Positions 29,913-39,357 are shown, counted from the stretch's first letter. The stretch: DNA of 64,000 nt from Gemmatimonadota bacterium (GCA_036556205.1 DATBJW010000065.1:4285-68284), one strand, 5' to 3'. The notes: a model not told the origin generated them from the letters alone. A program made the numbers and translations.

Positions 29913-31028
29913 TCAGGCCGCAGGCTTCACGGCCGCGGTGTCGGCGGGCGCGCCCGGCGCGCCGCCTTCGGTGCTCCCCTTCTCCTGCTCCATCAGGTCC
30001 CGCAGCCGGACCCCGACCTGCGAGCCCTTCCCCGCGTAGATCGAGCCGGTGATTCCCCTGGCCACACGCTCGCGGCCCATCAGGTAGATCTCGTCGGGAA
30101 GCGGCACGTAGCCCGTCTCGGCCACCAGGTTGGGCGCGTTCGTGATCGTGTAGTCCACGAACGCCTTGACCTCGGGTCGCTCCATCGCGGTGGTGCGGAC
30201 GTACACGAACAGCGGGCGCGACAAGGGCTGGTAGGTGCCGTCCGAGATCGTCTGCGGCGAAGGCGAGACGCACCCCTTGCCACCGTCCACCTGGACGAGC
30301 TTCAGCTTGTCCTTGTTCTCCTCGTAGTAGGCAAAGCCGAAGAAGCCCAGCCCGTTGGGATCGCCGGAGATCCCCTGCACGAGCACGTTGTCGTCTTCGC
30401 TCGGCGTGAAGTCGCCGCGGCTCGAGCCTTCCTTGCCGACGATCGCCTCGGTGAAGTAGTCGTACGTGCCGCTGTCCGTGCCCGGGCCGTAGAGGCCGAT
30501 CTTCTTGTCAGGCCAGCCGCGGCGGACCTGGCTCCAGCTCGTGACCTTCCCCTGGGCCTCGGGCTGCCAGAGCTTCTTGAGCTCGTCCACCTTGATGCAC
30601 GACACGAAGTCGTTCGACGGGTTGACCATCACCGACAGCCCGTCGAAGGCGATCGGGACCTCGACGTACTCGAACCCCGCGGCCTTGCACGCCTCCACCT
30701 CGGTCGGCTTGATGGGGCGCGAGGCGTTCGAGATGTCCGTCTCGCCGGCGCAGAACTTCTTGAAGCCGCCGCCCGTCCCCGAGATCCCCATCGTCACGCG
30801 CACGCCGGGGTTCTCCTTCTGAAACTCCTCGGCCACCGCCTCCATGATCGGAAAGACGGTGCTCGACCCGTCTCCCTGAACGGCTCCGGCGAGCGTCGAG
30901 CCGGCCGCGGCGGGGCCCGCGCTGTCCGCTGCCGCGCCGGCCTGCTCGTCCGCCTGACGCCCCTTGCCACAGGCAGCCGCCGCCAGACACAGAACCGTCA
31001 CCACGACACTTCGCCCGAGCTTGCGCAT
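29913..31028 (-). CDS. pstS: Phosphate-binding lipoprotein
   Basis: Lipobox [47 protein letters not shown]. Confidence 0.96.
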   Translation of the reverse strand: MRKLGRSVVVTVLCLAAAACGKGRQADEQAGAAADSAGPAAAGSTLAGAVQGDGSSTVFPIMEAVAEEFQKENPGVRVTMGISGTGGGFKKFCAGETDISNASRPIKPTEVEACKAAGFEYVEVPIAFDGLSVMVNPSNDFVSCIKVDELKKLWQPEAQGKVTSWSQVRRGWPDKKIGLYGPGTDSGTYDYFTEAIVGKEGSSRGDFTPSEDDNVLVQGISGDPNGLGFFGFAYYEENKDKLKLVQVDGGKGCVSPSPQTISDGTYQPLSRPLFVYVRTTAMERPEVKAFVDYTITNAPNLVAETGYVPLPDEIYLMGRERVARGITGSIYAGKGSQVGVRLRDLMEQEKGSTEGGAPGAPADTAAVKPAA

Positions 31029-31071
31029 GAGGTCCACCCGCTCCTTCTGGTTGAGAGTCCGCGAAGCATAG

Positions 31072-31098
31072 GTGACTTCTGTTACAGAATTGTGCCGA
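31072..31098 (-). promoter_or_regulatory. Putative Pho-box-like site upstream of pstS
   Basis: Minus strand GGCAC-N6-GTAAC at 11-bp pitch, overlapping the palindrome TTCTGT-N-ACAGAA (31077-31089). Confidence 0.4.
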
Positions 31099-31120
31099 GA
31101 CTGCAACATAAGGAAGGGCA

Positions 31121-31141
31121 TTTCGGTGGATACCACCGAAA
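31121..31141. terminator. Perfect 9-bp hairpin between the porin gene and pstS
   Basis: tttcggtgg-ata-ccaccgaaa; weak U-tract, so it could be a stabiliser rather than a terminator. Confidence 0.4.
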
Positions 31142-31233
31142 GCAACTTGTGCCGGAGCCTCGCAAGCTAGGGCCGGCGAGATTCACAGTCACCCGCGAGC
31201 AGCGACGCCAGCTGATCGGAAGAGGCCAAGGCG

Positions 31234-32385
31234 TTAGAAGAGGAGCTGGGCCTGGGTCCGGAAGGCGGTCTCCGTGTCGAGTGCGTCCGACTGCGGGAGG
31301 TTGACGTCCAGGTTCAGCTGCAGCTTGACGTTGGGTCCGAAGTAGAGGTTGAGTCCCGGCGTCAGCAGCAGGCTGGCGTCGTCGTCCGCGCCGGTGTCAG
31401 GATCGAACTGGTCGGCGCGGAAGGCCGGGGCCCAGGCCGTGAGCAGGCTCCCGCCCGTCGTGAGAAGGAACTCTCCCCATCCCTGAAGACCGAGGAAGCT
31501 CTCGAACTCGAGGTCTCCCGAGCGCGCGTCGAAGAGCTGCGGGTTGTCACCGAAGATCACGTTGCCCGCAACGTGAACACCCGGGAGCAGGTACTTTCCG
31601 AATTCCACCCACCCCTCGAACGCGGACGCGTACCGGGAGTCCTCCAGGCTCAGGCTGTCGCCGTCCACGACCCTGAGCGTGTCCCGCGGCGTGCCGAAGT
31701 AGCCGTTCGTCACGGCCGCGACACCGAGGACAAGGGGCTTCGACGTCTCGTGGGGCAGCGGGAGCACGCTGTACTCGATCCGCGCGGCGAGCTCCTTGCC
31801 GTCGTTCTTCTCCGAGTCCTCACCGCTTCCCGTCCAGCCCCCACCCGTGAGCGTGAGACGGTCCCTGGCGAACCGTGCGGTGATCATGACCCCGCGGTTT
31901 CGCGCCGAGAGGTTGTTGTCGTCGAGGAACGTGGAGGTGTGGTCCACGGGCAACCCGCGAATCCGGTTCCCGCGCTCGATCACGAGCAGGCGCTTGGAGG
32001 AGATGAGCTCGATCCCGTTGAAGGGGATCTTGAACTGGCCCAGGCGCAGCGCGAAGTGCGTGGACGGCCGGTACTCGAGAAAGGCGTCGCGAACGCGGGC
32101 GCGATCGGTCCCGAAGTCGGTCTGGAGCGTGCCGAAGAACCCGCCCCCCGCGTCGGCGATCGCGGTCAGGCGCATCCGGCGCAGCTCCGAGTCCCACGTG
32201 ACCACGCTGTCCACCGAGCTGCTGGCACCCTGCACCTGCAGCTGTCCTTCGAGCTCGAGCGAGCGTCCGGCGCCGAGCGAGATCGTGGGATGCTCGGGCT
32301 CCGCCTGGCCACGGGCCTGCCCGGCTTGAATGAGGAGACCGAGGGCCGCGACCAGCGCGGCACGAACCGGGAAGCCGACGGGCAT
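31234..32385 (-). CDS. OprO/OprP-like phosphate-selective porin (paralogue 1)
   Basis: Signal peptide, ELRRMRL, VRDAFLEY, LGQFKIPF, C-terminal KLQLN...AFRTQAQLLF; directly upstream of pstS. Confidence 0.8.
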   Translation of the reverse strand: MPVGFPVRAALVAALGLLIQAGQARGQAEPEHPTISLGAGRSLELEGQLQVQGASSSVDSVVTWDSELRRMRLTAIADAGGGFFGTLQTDFGTDRARVRDAFLEYRPSTHFALRLGQFKIPFNGIELISSKRLLVIERGNRIRGLPVDHTSTFLDDNNLSARNRGVMITARFARDRLTLTGGGWTGSGEDSEKNDGKELAARIEYSVLPLPHETSKPLVLGVAAVTNGYFGTPRDTLRVVDGDSLSLEDSRYASAFEGWVEFGKYLLPGVHVAGNVIFGDNPQLFDARSGDLEFESFLGLQGWGEFLLTTGGSLLTAWAPAFRADQFDPDTGADDDASLLLTPGLNLYFGPNVKLQLNLDVNLPQSDALDTETAFRTQAQLLF

Positions 32386-32475
32386 CGGCGAGCCTCCGAT
32401 CAGGTGTGCGACGACGGCGGGGCCGTTGGCGGCCGCACCCCGCGAGTGCGCGATATCTAGAATCGCCGGGGCTTC

Positions 32476-32502
32476 GTGTCTAATCCGTTGCAGGCCCGTG
32501 AC
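32476..32502 (-). promoter_or_regulatory. Putative Pho box (three half-sites at 11-bp pitch) upstream of porin 1
   Basis: Minus strand GTCACG / GCAACG / GACACG at 32502, 32491 and 32480; TAGATA-like -10 downstream. Confidence 0.55.
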
Positions 32503-32638
32503 GGAAATGCCGCAAAATACGCTGATCAGCGGGAGCCGCATCCCGCCGGCCGGTCCGAAGACCGACCGGCGAGCGCGTCGAGCAGTGGGTGGAGCGGGTG
32601 GGGTCGGAGGGTCGGTTCGGTCGACCCGTCGCCCCGGG

Positions 32639-33892
32639 CTAGAACAGCAGCTGCACCTGGGTGCGGAAGCCCGAGATCGTGTCGCGCCCTTCGGCCGCGG
32701 GATCGAGCACGTCGAAGTTCAGCTGCCAGCGGGCCGTCGAGCCGAAGTACAGGTTCAGACCCGGCGTCCAGAGGAAGAGCGAGTCGTCGTCGGCGTCCGT
32801 GTTCGGGTCGAAGCGGTCGGCCCGGAAGGCGGGGGCGATGCCGGTCAGGAAGGCGGGGGCGATGCCGGTCAGGAAGGCGGCGCTGACCGGGAACAGGAAC
32901 TCGCTCCAGCCCTCGATCCCCTGGAACGTCTCGAAGTTCACGTCGTCGTCGCCCGCGCCCGTGAAGATCGTGGGGTTGTCGCCGGTGATGAAGTTGCCCG
33001 CCACGTGCAGCCCCGGGGCCAGGTGCTTCCCGTATTCCAGCCAGCCTTCGTACGCCCAGGCGTACTGCGGGTCGTCGATGCGCAACGAGTCGCCGGCGAC
33101 GACGCGCAGCGTGTCGCGCGGGAATCCGTAGTAGCCGTTCGTGACGACGGCCGCCCCCAGGATCAGGGGCTTCGAGTTCTTGGCGGGGAGCTTCAGCACG
33201 CTGTACTCGAAGCGGGCCGCCACTTCCTTGCCGTCGTTGTTGTCGTTCGCCTGGCCGTTTCCCAGGAAGCCACCGAGCCAGAAGGTCGCCCGGCCCGGCT
33301 TGTAGACCGCCATCACGCCGCGGCCGCGGTCCGAGAGCCGCTGCGCCTGGATGAACTCCGAGGTCCCGGTGTTGGGGAAGCCCCGGATGCGCGCGCCGCG
33401 CTCGATCATGAGCCCGTACTTGTCGGACCACATCTGGATCCCGTTGAAGGGGACCTTGAACTGCCCGATCTGGAAGGTCAGGGGCGAGGTGGGAGTCGTT
33501 CGAAAGGCCAGGAAGGCGTCCTGGACGATCGCGCGGTCCAGCCCGAAGTCGGCCATCAGCGAGCCGCTCAGCCGGTCCGTGACGTCGGCCAACGCGGTGA
33601 GTCGGATGCGCCGCAAGTCGGAGTCCCAGGTCGTCACGCTGTCGATGCTGGAGCTCGAGACCTGGAACTGGATCTGCCCCTCGAACTTGAGGCCGCGCGC
33701 GCCGGCCGCGGTGACCTGTGCCTTCGGCGGAGGAGGGGGGGGAGCCGGCGCCGTGGAGTCCGGGGTCACGTCCACCTGTCCGGGCGGAAGGGCGGCCGCC
33801 GAGTCCGGAACCGGCTGCTGGGCGGCGGCGGGCAGAGTCGAAACACATAGTAAAATAGTAGGAATTAGGGGCGCGAGAAGGCGGCGCGTCAT
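32639..33892 (-). CDS. OprO/OprP-like anion porin (paralogue 2) at the end of the sulfate operon
   Basis: Signal peptide, DLRRIRL, VQDAFLAF, IGQFKVPF, C-terminal GFRTQVQLLF; clear paralogue of porin 1. Confidence 0.8.
   Translation of the reverse strand: MTRRLLAPLIPTILLCVSTLPAAAQQPVPDSAAALPPGQVDVTPDSTAPAPPPPPPKAQVTAAGARGLKFEGQIQFQVSSSSIDSVTTWDSDLRRIRLTALADVTDRLSGSLMADFGLDRAIVQDAFLAFRTTPTSPLTFQIGQFKVPFNGIQMWSDKYGLMIERGARIRGFPNTGTSEFIQAQRLSDRGRGVMAVYKPGRATFWLGGFLGNGQANDNNDGKEVAARFEYSVLKLPAKNSKPLILGAAVVTNGYYGFPRDTLRVVAGDSLRIDDPQYAWAYEGWLEYGKHLAPGLHVAGNFITGDNPTIFTGAGDDDVNFETFQGIEGWSEFLFPVSAAFLTGIAPAFLTGIAPAFRADRFDPNTDADDDSLFLWTPGLNLYFGSTARWQLNFDVLDPAAEGRDTISGFRTQVQLLF
32824..32880 (+). repeat. 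Exact 24-bp in-frame tandem duplication (AFLTGIAP x2)
   Basis: ggaaggcgggggcgatgccggtca twice plus a partial third copy. Confidence 0.9.
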
Positions 33893-33947
33893 CTCCGAAC
33901 CTCGACTCGGGGTTGAAGGGAAGGCGGGCGGGCCCGCCGCTTTCCGG

Positions 33948-35891
33948 CTACCGGCTGAAGGAGCCTTTCACGACCAGAACCGGCCGATCGGCCCGGGCCA
34001 CGAGCTCGATCGAGAGGTCCCGCTCCGGAAGATCGGCCCAGGTCTGGACCAGGTGTCCCCCGATCACGATCAGGTCGTGCTCTCCCTCCTGCGCGGCGGC
34101 CAGGATCTGCTCCAGGGCGTCTCCCTGTCGCACGCTGACCTGCGCCTGGACGCCCTGGGCGGCCAGCGTCTGAAGGCCCTGCTCGAGGTGGCGCTCGATC
34201 CAGAAGCGCCTCTTCCAGGCATCGGGCGCCCGTCCGTCGCCGCCCTCGGCGGAGACGGCGCCGAAGGCCGGCCCGTCCACGAAGAGCAGCGTCGCCGCGG
34301 CGCCGGTCGTACGCGCCACCTGGCCTCCGAAGAAGACGTCGAGCTTGCCGGGCTCCCCGGCGGCGGTGCAGAGCAGGATCCGCTTCAACTCGGGCCGCGG
34401 GCCGTGCGCCACGAGGACCGGGAAAGGCGACGAGCCCACCAGCCGCTCGCTGGTGATGCCCGCCACGACCTCGCTCTGGATGCGCTCCGAGAGCCGCGCC
34501 TTCACGTCCTCGCTGCGACCGGGAGCGACCACGAGGTCATAGGCCTCGCGGGCGGTCTCTCCCGCCAGCTCCTCCACGACGTCGCCGACCCTGAGCTTGA
34601 ATGCGGGGGCCGGCTTCTGCCGCGCCAGCGCCTCGCGCAGCTCGGCGACGATGCGCTCGCCCGCGGACTGGGTCGGCGCCACGCACAGCAGGGTCACGCT
34701 GGCCGCCATCGCCCGAGCCAGACGGAAGCCCTGCTCCAGCGCCTCGCTCGACCCCGACGTGCCGTCCACGAGGATCAGGAACGTGCGCGCCAGCCGGGGC
34801 AACAGGTGGTAGCCCCGCACACCGACCCACACCCGATCCCCGTTGCGGAACTCCAGGTCGCTCCCCGGCTTCCAGGGCAGCGCCGCCAGGAGGGCGACGC
34901 CCGCTTCGCCGAAGTCGCGCCCCAGGGGCCACACGCCCGGGATGGGCTGCAGCCGCAGGCGCAGGCGGCGGGCGGCTCCCAGGTCGAGGACCTCCTCCAC
35001 GACACCCTCACCCAGCACGGGCTCGCTGAGCTCCTCGCGCTCGCGGGCGACGGCGAGCTCCTCGGGTCGGAAGAGCGCGGCCCAGCGAATGCCCGGATCC
35101 TGCTCGGCGAGCCGGACGGGCAGCGGCAGGGTGAGCTCGCCCACCCGGACGCGGCCGCCGTCGCTCCTGACACCCAGCAGGTTGGCCTCGCCGACGAAGG
35201 TGGCGACGAACTCGTGCTGCGGGCGGCGGTAGAGCTCGGCGGGCGGTCCGACCTCCAGCAGCCGCCCGTGGTCCACGACCCCGATCCGGTCGGCCAGCTC
35301 GAAGGCCTCCTCCTGGTCGTGGGTCACGAGGATGGTCGTGACCCTGAGCGAGCGCTGGATGTCGCGCAGCGCGCGGCGGAGTGCGCCTCGGATCTTCACG
35401 TCCAGGGCGCCGAAGGGCTCGTCGAGGAGGAGCACGGAGGGCTCGAAGGCGAGCGCCCGCGCGACCGCCACCCGCTGCTGCTGGCCGCCCGAGAGCTGGC
35501 TCGGATAGCGGCCGGCGAAGCCCGCCAGGCCCACCAGCGCCAGCAGCTCGTCGCGCTTCACGACGCGCTCCGCCTGAGGCCGCTTCCGGACCTGCAAGCC
35601 GAACTCCACGTTCTCGGCCACCGTCATGTGCTGGAAGAGCGAGTAGTTCTGGAACACGAAGCCCGTGTTGCGCTCCTGGGGGGACAGGTCGGTCACGTCC
35701 CGGCCGTGGAGCAGGACCTGCCCGGAGTCTACGGGGACGAGGCCCGCGATCATGCGCAGGATCGTGCTTTTGCCGCTGCCGCTGGCGCCCAGCAGCACGA
35801 AGAGCTCGCCATCGGCGATCTCGAGCGAGACGTTGTCGACGACGGTGTGCTCGCCGTAGGTCTTGACCAGGTTGCGCAGGACGATGCTCAT
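33948..35891 (-). CDS. cysA: Sulfate ABC ATPase (CysA-like) fused to tandem universal-stress (USP)-like domains
   Basis: [32 protein letters not shown] region, then LILVDGTSGSSEAL... and RILLCTA...GDALEQIL..HDLIVIG..RPVLVV. Confidence 0.85.
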   Translation of the reverse strand: MSIVLRNLVKTYGEHTVVDNVSLEIADGELFVLLGASGSGKSTILRMIAGLVPVDSGQVLLHGRDVTDLSPQERNTGFVFQNYSLFQHMTVAENVEFGLQVRKRPQAERVVKRDELLALVGLAGFAGRYPSQLSGGQQQRVAVARALAFEPSVLLLDEPFGALDVKIRGALRRALRDIQRSLRVTTILVTHDQEEAFELADRIGVVDHGRLLEVGPPAELYRRPQHEFVATFVGEANLLGVRSDGGRVRVGELTLPLPVRLAEQDPGIRWAALFRPEELAVAREREELSEPVLGEGVVEEVLDLGAARRLRLRLQPIPGVWPLGRDFGEAGVALLAALPWKPGSDLEFRNGDRVWVGVRGYHLLPRLARTFLILVDGTSGSSEALEQGFRLARAMAASVTLLCVAPTQSAGERIVAELREALARQKPAPAFKLRVGDVVEELAGETAREAYDLVVAPGRSEDVKARLSERIQSEVVAGITSERLVGSSPFPVLVAHGPRPELKRILLCTAAGEPGKLDVFFGGQVARTTGAAATLLFVDGPAFGAVSAEGGDGRAPDAWKRRFWIERHLEQGLQTLAAQGVQAQVSVRQGDALEQILAAAQEGEHDLIVIGGHLVQTWADLPERDLSIELVARADRPVLVVKGSFSR

Positions 35892-35921
35892 GGGCGGATG
35901 GCGTCCGGTGCCGTCACGGGC

Positions 35922-36818
35922 TCAGGAGGTGCGCCGGGTGCGCTTCTTCACGACCTCCATGACCATCAGGAGACTGAAGGACAGCAGCGCCAGGACGAGA
36001 GCCATGCCATAGGCGGCGACGGTGTTGCGCTCGTCCAGGGTCCGGAAGATGAAGAGCGTGGAGGTCTCGGTGAGACCGCTGATGCTGCCGCTCACGACGA
36101 GGAGCGCGCCGAACTCCCCGAGCGCCCGGGCGAAGGTGAGCGAGACGCCGTACAGCACGCCCCAGCGGATCCCGGGAAGCGTGACCCGCCAGAACGTGCG
36201 CCAGCCGCTCGCGCCGAGCGTCTGCGCCGCGTTCTCCTGCTCGGTCCCCATCTGCTCCAGGACCGGCATCACCTCGCGGATGACGAAGGGGATCGAGACG
36301 AACATGGTTGCGAGCAGCATGCCCGGGAGGGCGAAGACGACCTTGATGCCGAGTGCGTCCGCCAGCGGAGCGAGCCAGCCGTTCCGCCCGAAGAGCAGGA
36401 TCAGCATGAAGCCCGCGATCACGGGGGAGACGGCGAAGGGCGTGTCCACGATCGCGTTCAAGAAGCGCCGGCCGCGGAAGTCGTCGCGTACGAAGAGCCA
36501 GGCCGCCGTCACGCCGAGGAGCGTGTTCAGGACGGTCGCCGCGACACTCAAGATCAGCGTCAGCTTGAGCGCGTGGACGGCGTCGGGCGTCGTGAGCTCG
36601 GCGAGAAGTCGCGAGACCCCCTCGCCGAAGGCGCCCCAAACCAGCGAAGCGAGGGGGCCCAGCAGGAGGAGCAGCGCATAGAAGAGAACGAGCCCGATCA
36701 GCACCCACTCCACCGGACGCCTGCGCTTCGCGCCGCGCTTTGGGCCGACCGCGGAGGGAGGCGCCGGAGGAGCCGTCTCGGGGGCGGCCGCCGGGTCTGC
36801 GTCGCGCGACTCAGACAT
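35922..36818 (-). CDS. cysW: Sulfate ABC permease CysW
   Basis: DTPFAVSPVIAG, PFVIREVMP, RALGEFGA. Confidence 0.93.
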   Translation of the reverse strand: MSESRDADPAAAPETAPPAPPSAVGPKRGAKRRRPVEWVLIGLVLFYALLLLLGPLASLVWGAFGEGVSRLLAELTTPDAVHALKLTLILSVAATVLNTLLGVTAAWLFVRDDFRGRRFLNAIVDTPFAVSPVIAGFMLILLFGRNGWLAPLADALGIKVVFALPGMLLATMFVSIPFVIREVMPVLEQMGTEQENAAQTLGASGWRTFWRVTLPGIRWGVLYGVSLTFARALGEFGALLVVSGSISGLTETSTLFIFRTLDERNTVAAYGMALVLALLSFSLLMVMEVVKKRTRRTS

Positions 36819-37662
36819 GGCGCAGCCCCTTTCGCTGCTGCCACCAGTCCAGCGCCAGCAGGAGCGCGAACGAGAGCCCGAGCAGGATGATCGACATGGC
36901 ACTCGCCCCGCGCGGGTTCTCGGACTCGATCTGCTGGAAGATGTAGACCGGTGCCGTGAGGGTCCGGCCGGGGATGTTGCCGGCGACCACGACGATGGAC
37001 CCGAACTCGCCCAGGGCGCGGGCGAAGGCCAGGAGCCCCCCCGAGATCACCGCCGGACGGATGGTCGGGAACACCACGCGGCGGAACGTGGTCCAGCCCG
37101 AGGCGCCCAGCGTGTGGGCGGCCTCCTCCTGCGAGCGCTCGGCCTCGAGCAGCACGGGCTGAACCGCTCGGATCACGAACGGATAGGATACCAGCAGCAG
37201 CGCCAGGATGATGCCCGGCCGGGCGAAGATCACGCTCACGCCCCGCGCTTCGAGGAAACCGCCGATCACACCCTGGGGACCGTAGAGTGTCACCAGCATC
37301 ACGCCCGTGACGAGGGTCGGGATCGCGAACGGCATGTCGATCAGTCCATCCAGCCACCGCCGTCCGGGGAAATCGTAGCGCACGAGCACGTAGGCCGTGA
37401 GCGTGCCCATCACGGTGTTGACGACGGCCATGATGGCGGCCGTGAGGAGCGTCAGCCGCAGCGCGTCCATGGCGGTCTGGCTCGTGAGCTCCTGCCAGAA
37501 GGCCGTCAGCCCGTCGGCGAAGCCGCGCTGCAGGACCGCCGCCAGCGGCAGCAGGATCATGAAGCCGAGGTACGAGGCGACGGCGACGCGCAGGCCCCAC
37601 CGCCCCCAGGGACGGGGGGCGGTGGAGGCCACGACGCGTGTGGATGCCGGGACGGACGTCAC
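36811..37662 (-). CDS. cysT: Sulfate ABC permease CysT(U)
   Basis: RYDFPGRR, DMPFAIPTLVTG, PFVIRAVQP, RALGEFGS. Confidence 0.93.
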   Translation of the reverse strand: MTSVPASTRVVASTAPRPWGRWGLRVAVASYLGFMILLPLAAVLQRGFADGLTAFWQELTSQTAMDALRLTLLTAAIMAVVNTVMGTLTAYVLVRYDFPGRRWLDGLIDMPFAIPTLVTGVMLVTLYGPQGVIGGFLEARGVSVIFARPGIILALLLVSYPFVIRAVQPVLLEAERSQEEAAHTLGASGWTTFRRVVFPTIRPAVISGGLLAFARALGEFGSIVVVAGNIPGRTLTAPVYIFQQIESENPRGASAMSIILLGLSFALLLALDWWQQRKGLRHV

Positions 37663-38786
37663 CGCGACGCGGCGACCTGCTGCTGGACCTTGTCCCAGAC
37701 CCCGCCGGCGGCGTAGATCTCGAGCCCCACCTTCTTCCATCCGCCGAGGAAATCGATCTTCCACAGGTCCTGGACGGGCGGGAACTTCGAGGCGACTTCC
37801 CTGGCGACCGCCGGATCCACTGGGCGCAGCCCGTACTGGGCGTACCCGCGCTGCGCCTCGGGCGTGCGCAGGAAGTCCACGAACCCCTCGGCCTGCTTGC
37901 GCGTCTTGTGCTTGTCCACGTAGGTGTCCACGACCGCGGCCGGATTCTCGATCAGGATCGTCGAGCGAGGCACGACGTAGTCGTAGGTCTGCCCCGTCAT
38001 GCGCCCGACCAGCACCTCGTTCTCGTACGTGATCGCCACGTCGCCCACACCCTTCTCGAAGGTCGTGATCGACTCGCGCGCGCCCTTGTCCATGATCGAC
38101 ACGTTCTTGAAGACCTTCACGAGGAAATCCTGCGCGGCCTTCTTGTCGCCCTTGGGGACGCCGGCGACGTAGCCCCGCAGCGCAGCGCCGTAGACCGCGT
38201 TGATGTTCCACTGCGCGCCGCCCGAGGTCCTGGGGTCGGGCGTCAGGATGTTGAGACCGGGCTGCGCCAGGTCCGCCCAATCCTTGATGCCCTTGGGATT
38301 CCCCTTGCGCACGGCCAGCACCACGATCGAGTTGCTCACCATTCCGGAGTACCCGCGCTGCTTCCAGTCGTGCTGGATCAGGCCCTCGGATTGGAGCTTG
38401 TTCATGTCGCCCTCGAGGGAGAGTGCGGCCACGTCGGCCTCGAAGCCGCCGATGATCGCGCGGGCCTGGGCGCCGCTGCCCTGGTACGAGGTCTGGAAAT
38501 TGACGTCTTCGCCCGTCCTGGCCTTCCACATCTTCTGGAAGGCGGGGATGATCGCCTTGGCGTAGGCCTCGCGAGGCGTGGTGTAGGCGCCGAGGATCAG
38601 CGTGGCCTTGGCCTGCCCGCCTTCACCGTCGCCTTCGGGTCCGCGCGCCTCCGCGACGGGAGGCGTGGAGGCGGCCCGCAACACGCCCGGCGACCAGGCG
38701 CGCGCGAGGAGGGTGGCGCCGACGAGAAGGGCGGCAAGCGCGCCCAGGGCGCTGCTCCATGCACGGCTACGCGAGTCTCTGAGCAT
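37659..38786 (-). CDS. sbp: Sulfate-binding protein (Sbp/CysP family), copy 1
   Basis: SYQGSGAQARAIIGGFEADV, KGNPKGIKDWADL, TPDPRTSGGAQWN, YENE; ATG 38786 behind GAGGAG. Confidence 0.92.
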   Translation of the reverse strand: MLRDSRSRAWSSALGALAALLVGATLLARAWSPGVLRAASTPPVAEARGPEGDGEGGQAKATLILGAYTTPREAYAKAIIPAFQKMWKARTGEDVNFQTSYQGSGAQARAIIGGFEADVAALSLEGDMNKLQSEGLIQHDWKQRGYSGMVSNSIVVLAVRKGNPKGIKDWADLAQPGLNILTPDPRTSGGAQWNINAVYGAALRGYVAGVPKGDKKAAQDFLVKVFKNVSIMDKGARESITTFEKGVGDVAITYENEVLVGRMTGQTYDYVVPRSTILIENPAAVVDTYVDKHKTRKQAEGFVDFLRTPEAQRGYAQYGLRPVDPAVAREVASKFPPVQDLWKIDFLGGWKKVGLEIYAAGGVWDKVQQQVAASR

Positions 38787-38832
38787 CGGTCTCCTCAGAC
38801 GAATTCGGGTTGGTTCCCAGGTAAAGACCTCT

Positions 38833-38857
38833 AATTCACAGCGTTGGACTAGGAATT
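38833..38857. promoter_or_regulatory. Putative Rrf2 (CymR-like) operator upstream of sbp1
   Basis: AATTCACAGCGTTGGACTAGGAATT; 18/25 identical to the site at 39418-39442. Confidence 0.6.
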
Positions 38858-38904
38858 GGACTGACACCGAAACACCGCCACTGCTTCCCGACGGGAAACC
38901 TCTG

Positions 38905-39357
38905 TCACCCCGCCTGCTTCGACTCCCCGGGCAGCATCGCGGCGGCGCGAACCGGGACGCAGAGGTCGGCGACGGTGGTCCCGTCGAGTACGGCGAGCAT
39001 CGCCTCGCGGCTCCTCGCCCAGAGCCTCTTCAGGCCGCATGTCGGCTCGAACTCGCAGGGCACGTAGTCGAACGTGCTCACGCAGCCCATGGGCGCGATC
39101 CGGCCGTCGAGCAGCCGAATGACCTCGCCGGCCGTGATCGCCGAAGCCGGACGCGTCAGCCGATAGCCGCCCCCCACGCCGACCTGGCCTTCGACCAGGC
39201 CGCCTTCCCTGAGCGTGCGCAGGATCTGCTCCAGGTACTTGACCGGAACGTGCCAGCTCTCGGCGATCTCGCGGGCGGGGACGAGTCCCTGGCCCGCGTG
39301 GCTGGCCAGGTAGATCAGAGCCCGCATGCCGTACTCGCTCTTGGTCGACACGTTCAC
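38905..39357 (-). CDS. Rrf2-family transcriptional regulator (IscR/CymR-like) with three Cys
   Basis: STKSEYGMRAL, YLEQIL, GGGYRLTRPA, PMGCVS..VPCEFEPTCGL; AGGAGG RBS 8 nt before GTG 39357. Confidence 0.95.
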   Translation of the reverse strand: MNVSTKSEYGMRALIYLASHAGQGLVPAREIAESWHVPVKYLEQILRTLREGGLVEGQVGVGGGYRLTRPASAITAGEVIRLLDGRIAPMGCVSTFDYVPCEFEPTCGLKRLWARSREAMLAVLDGTTVADLCVPVRAAAMLPGESKQAG

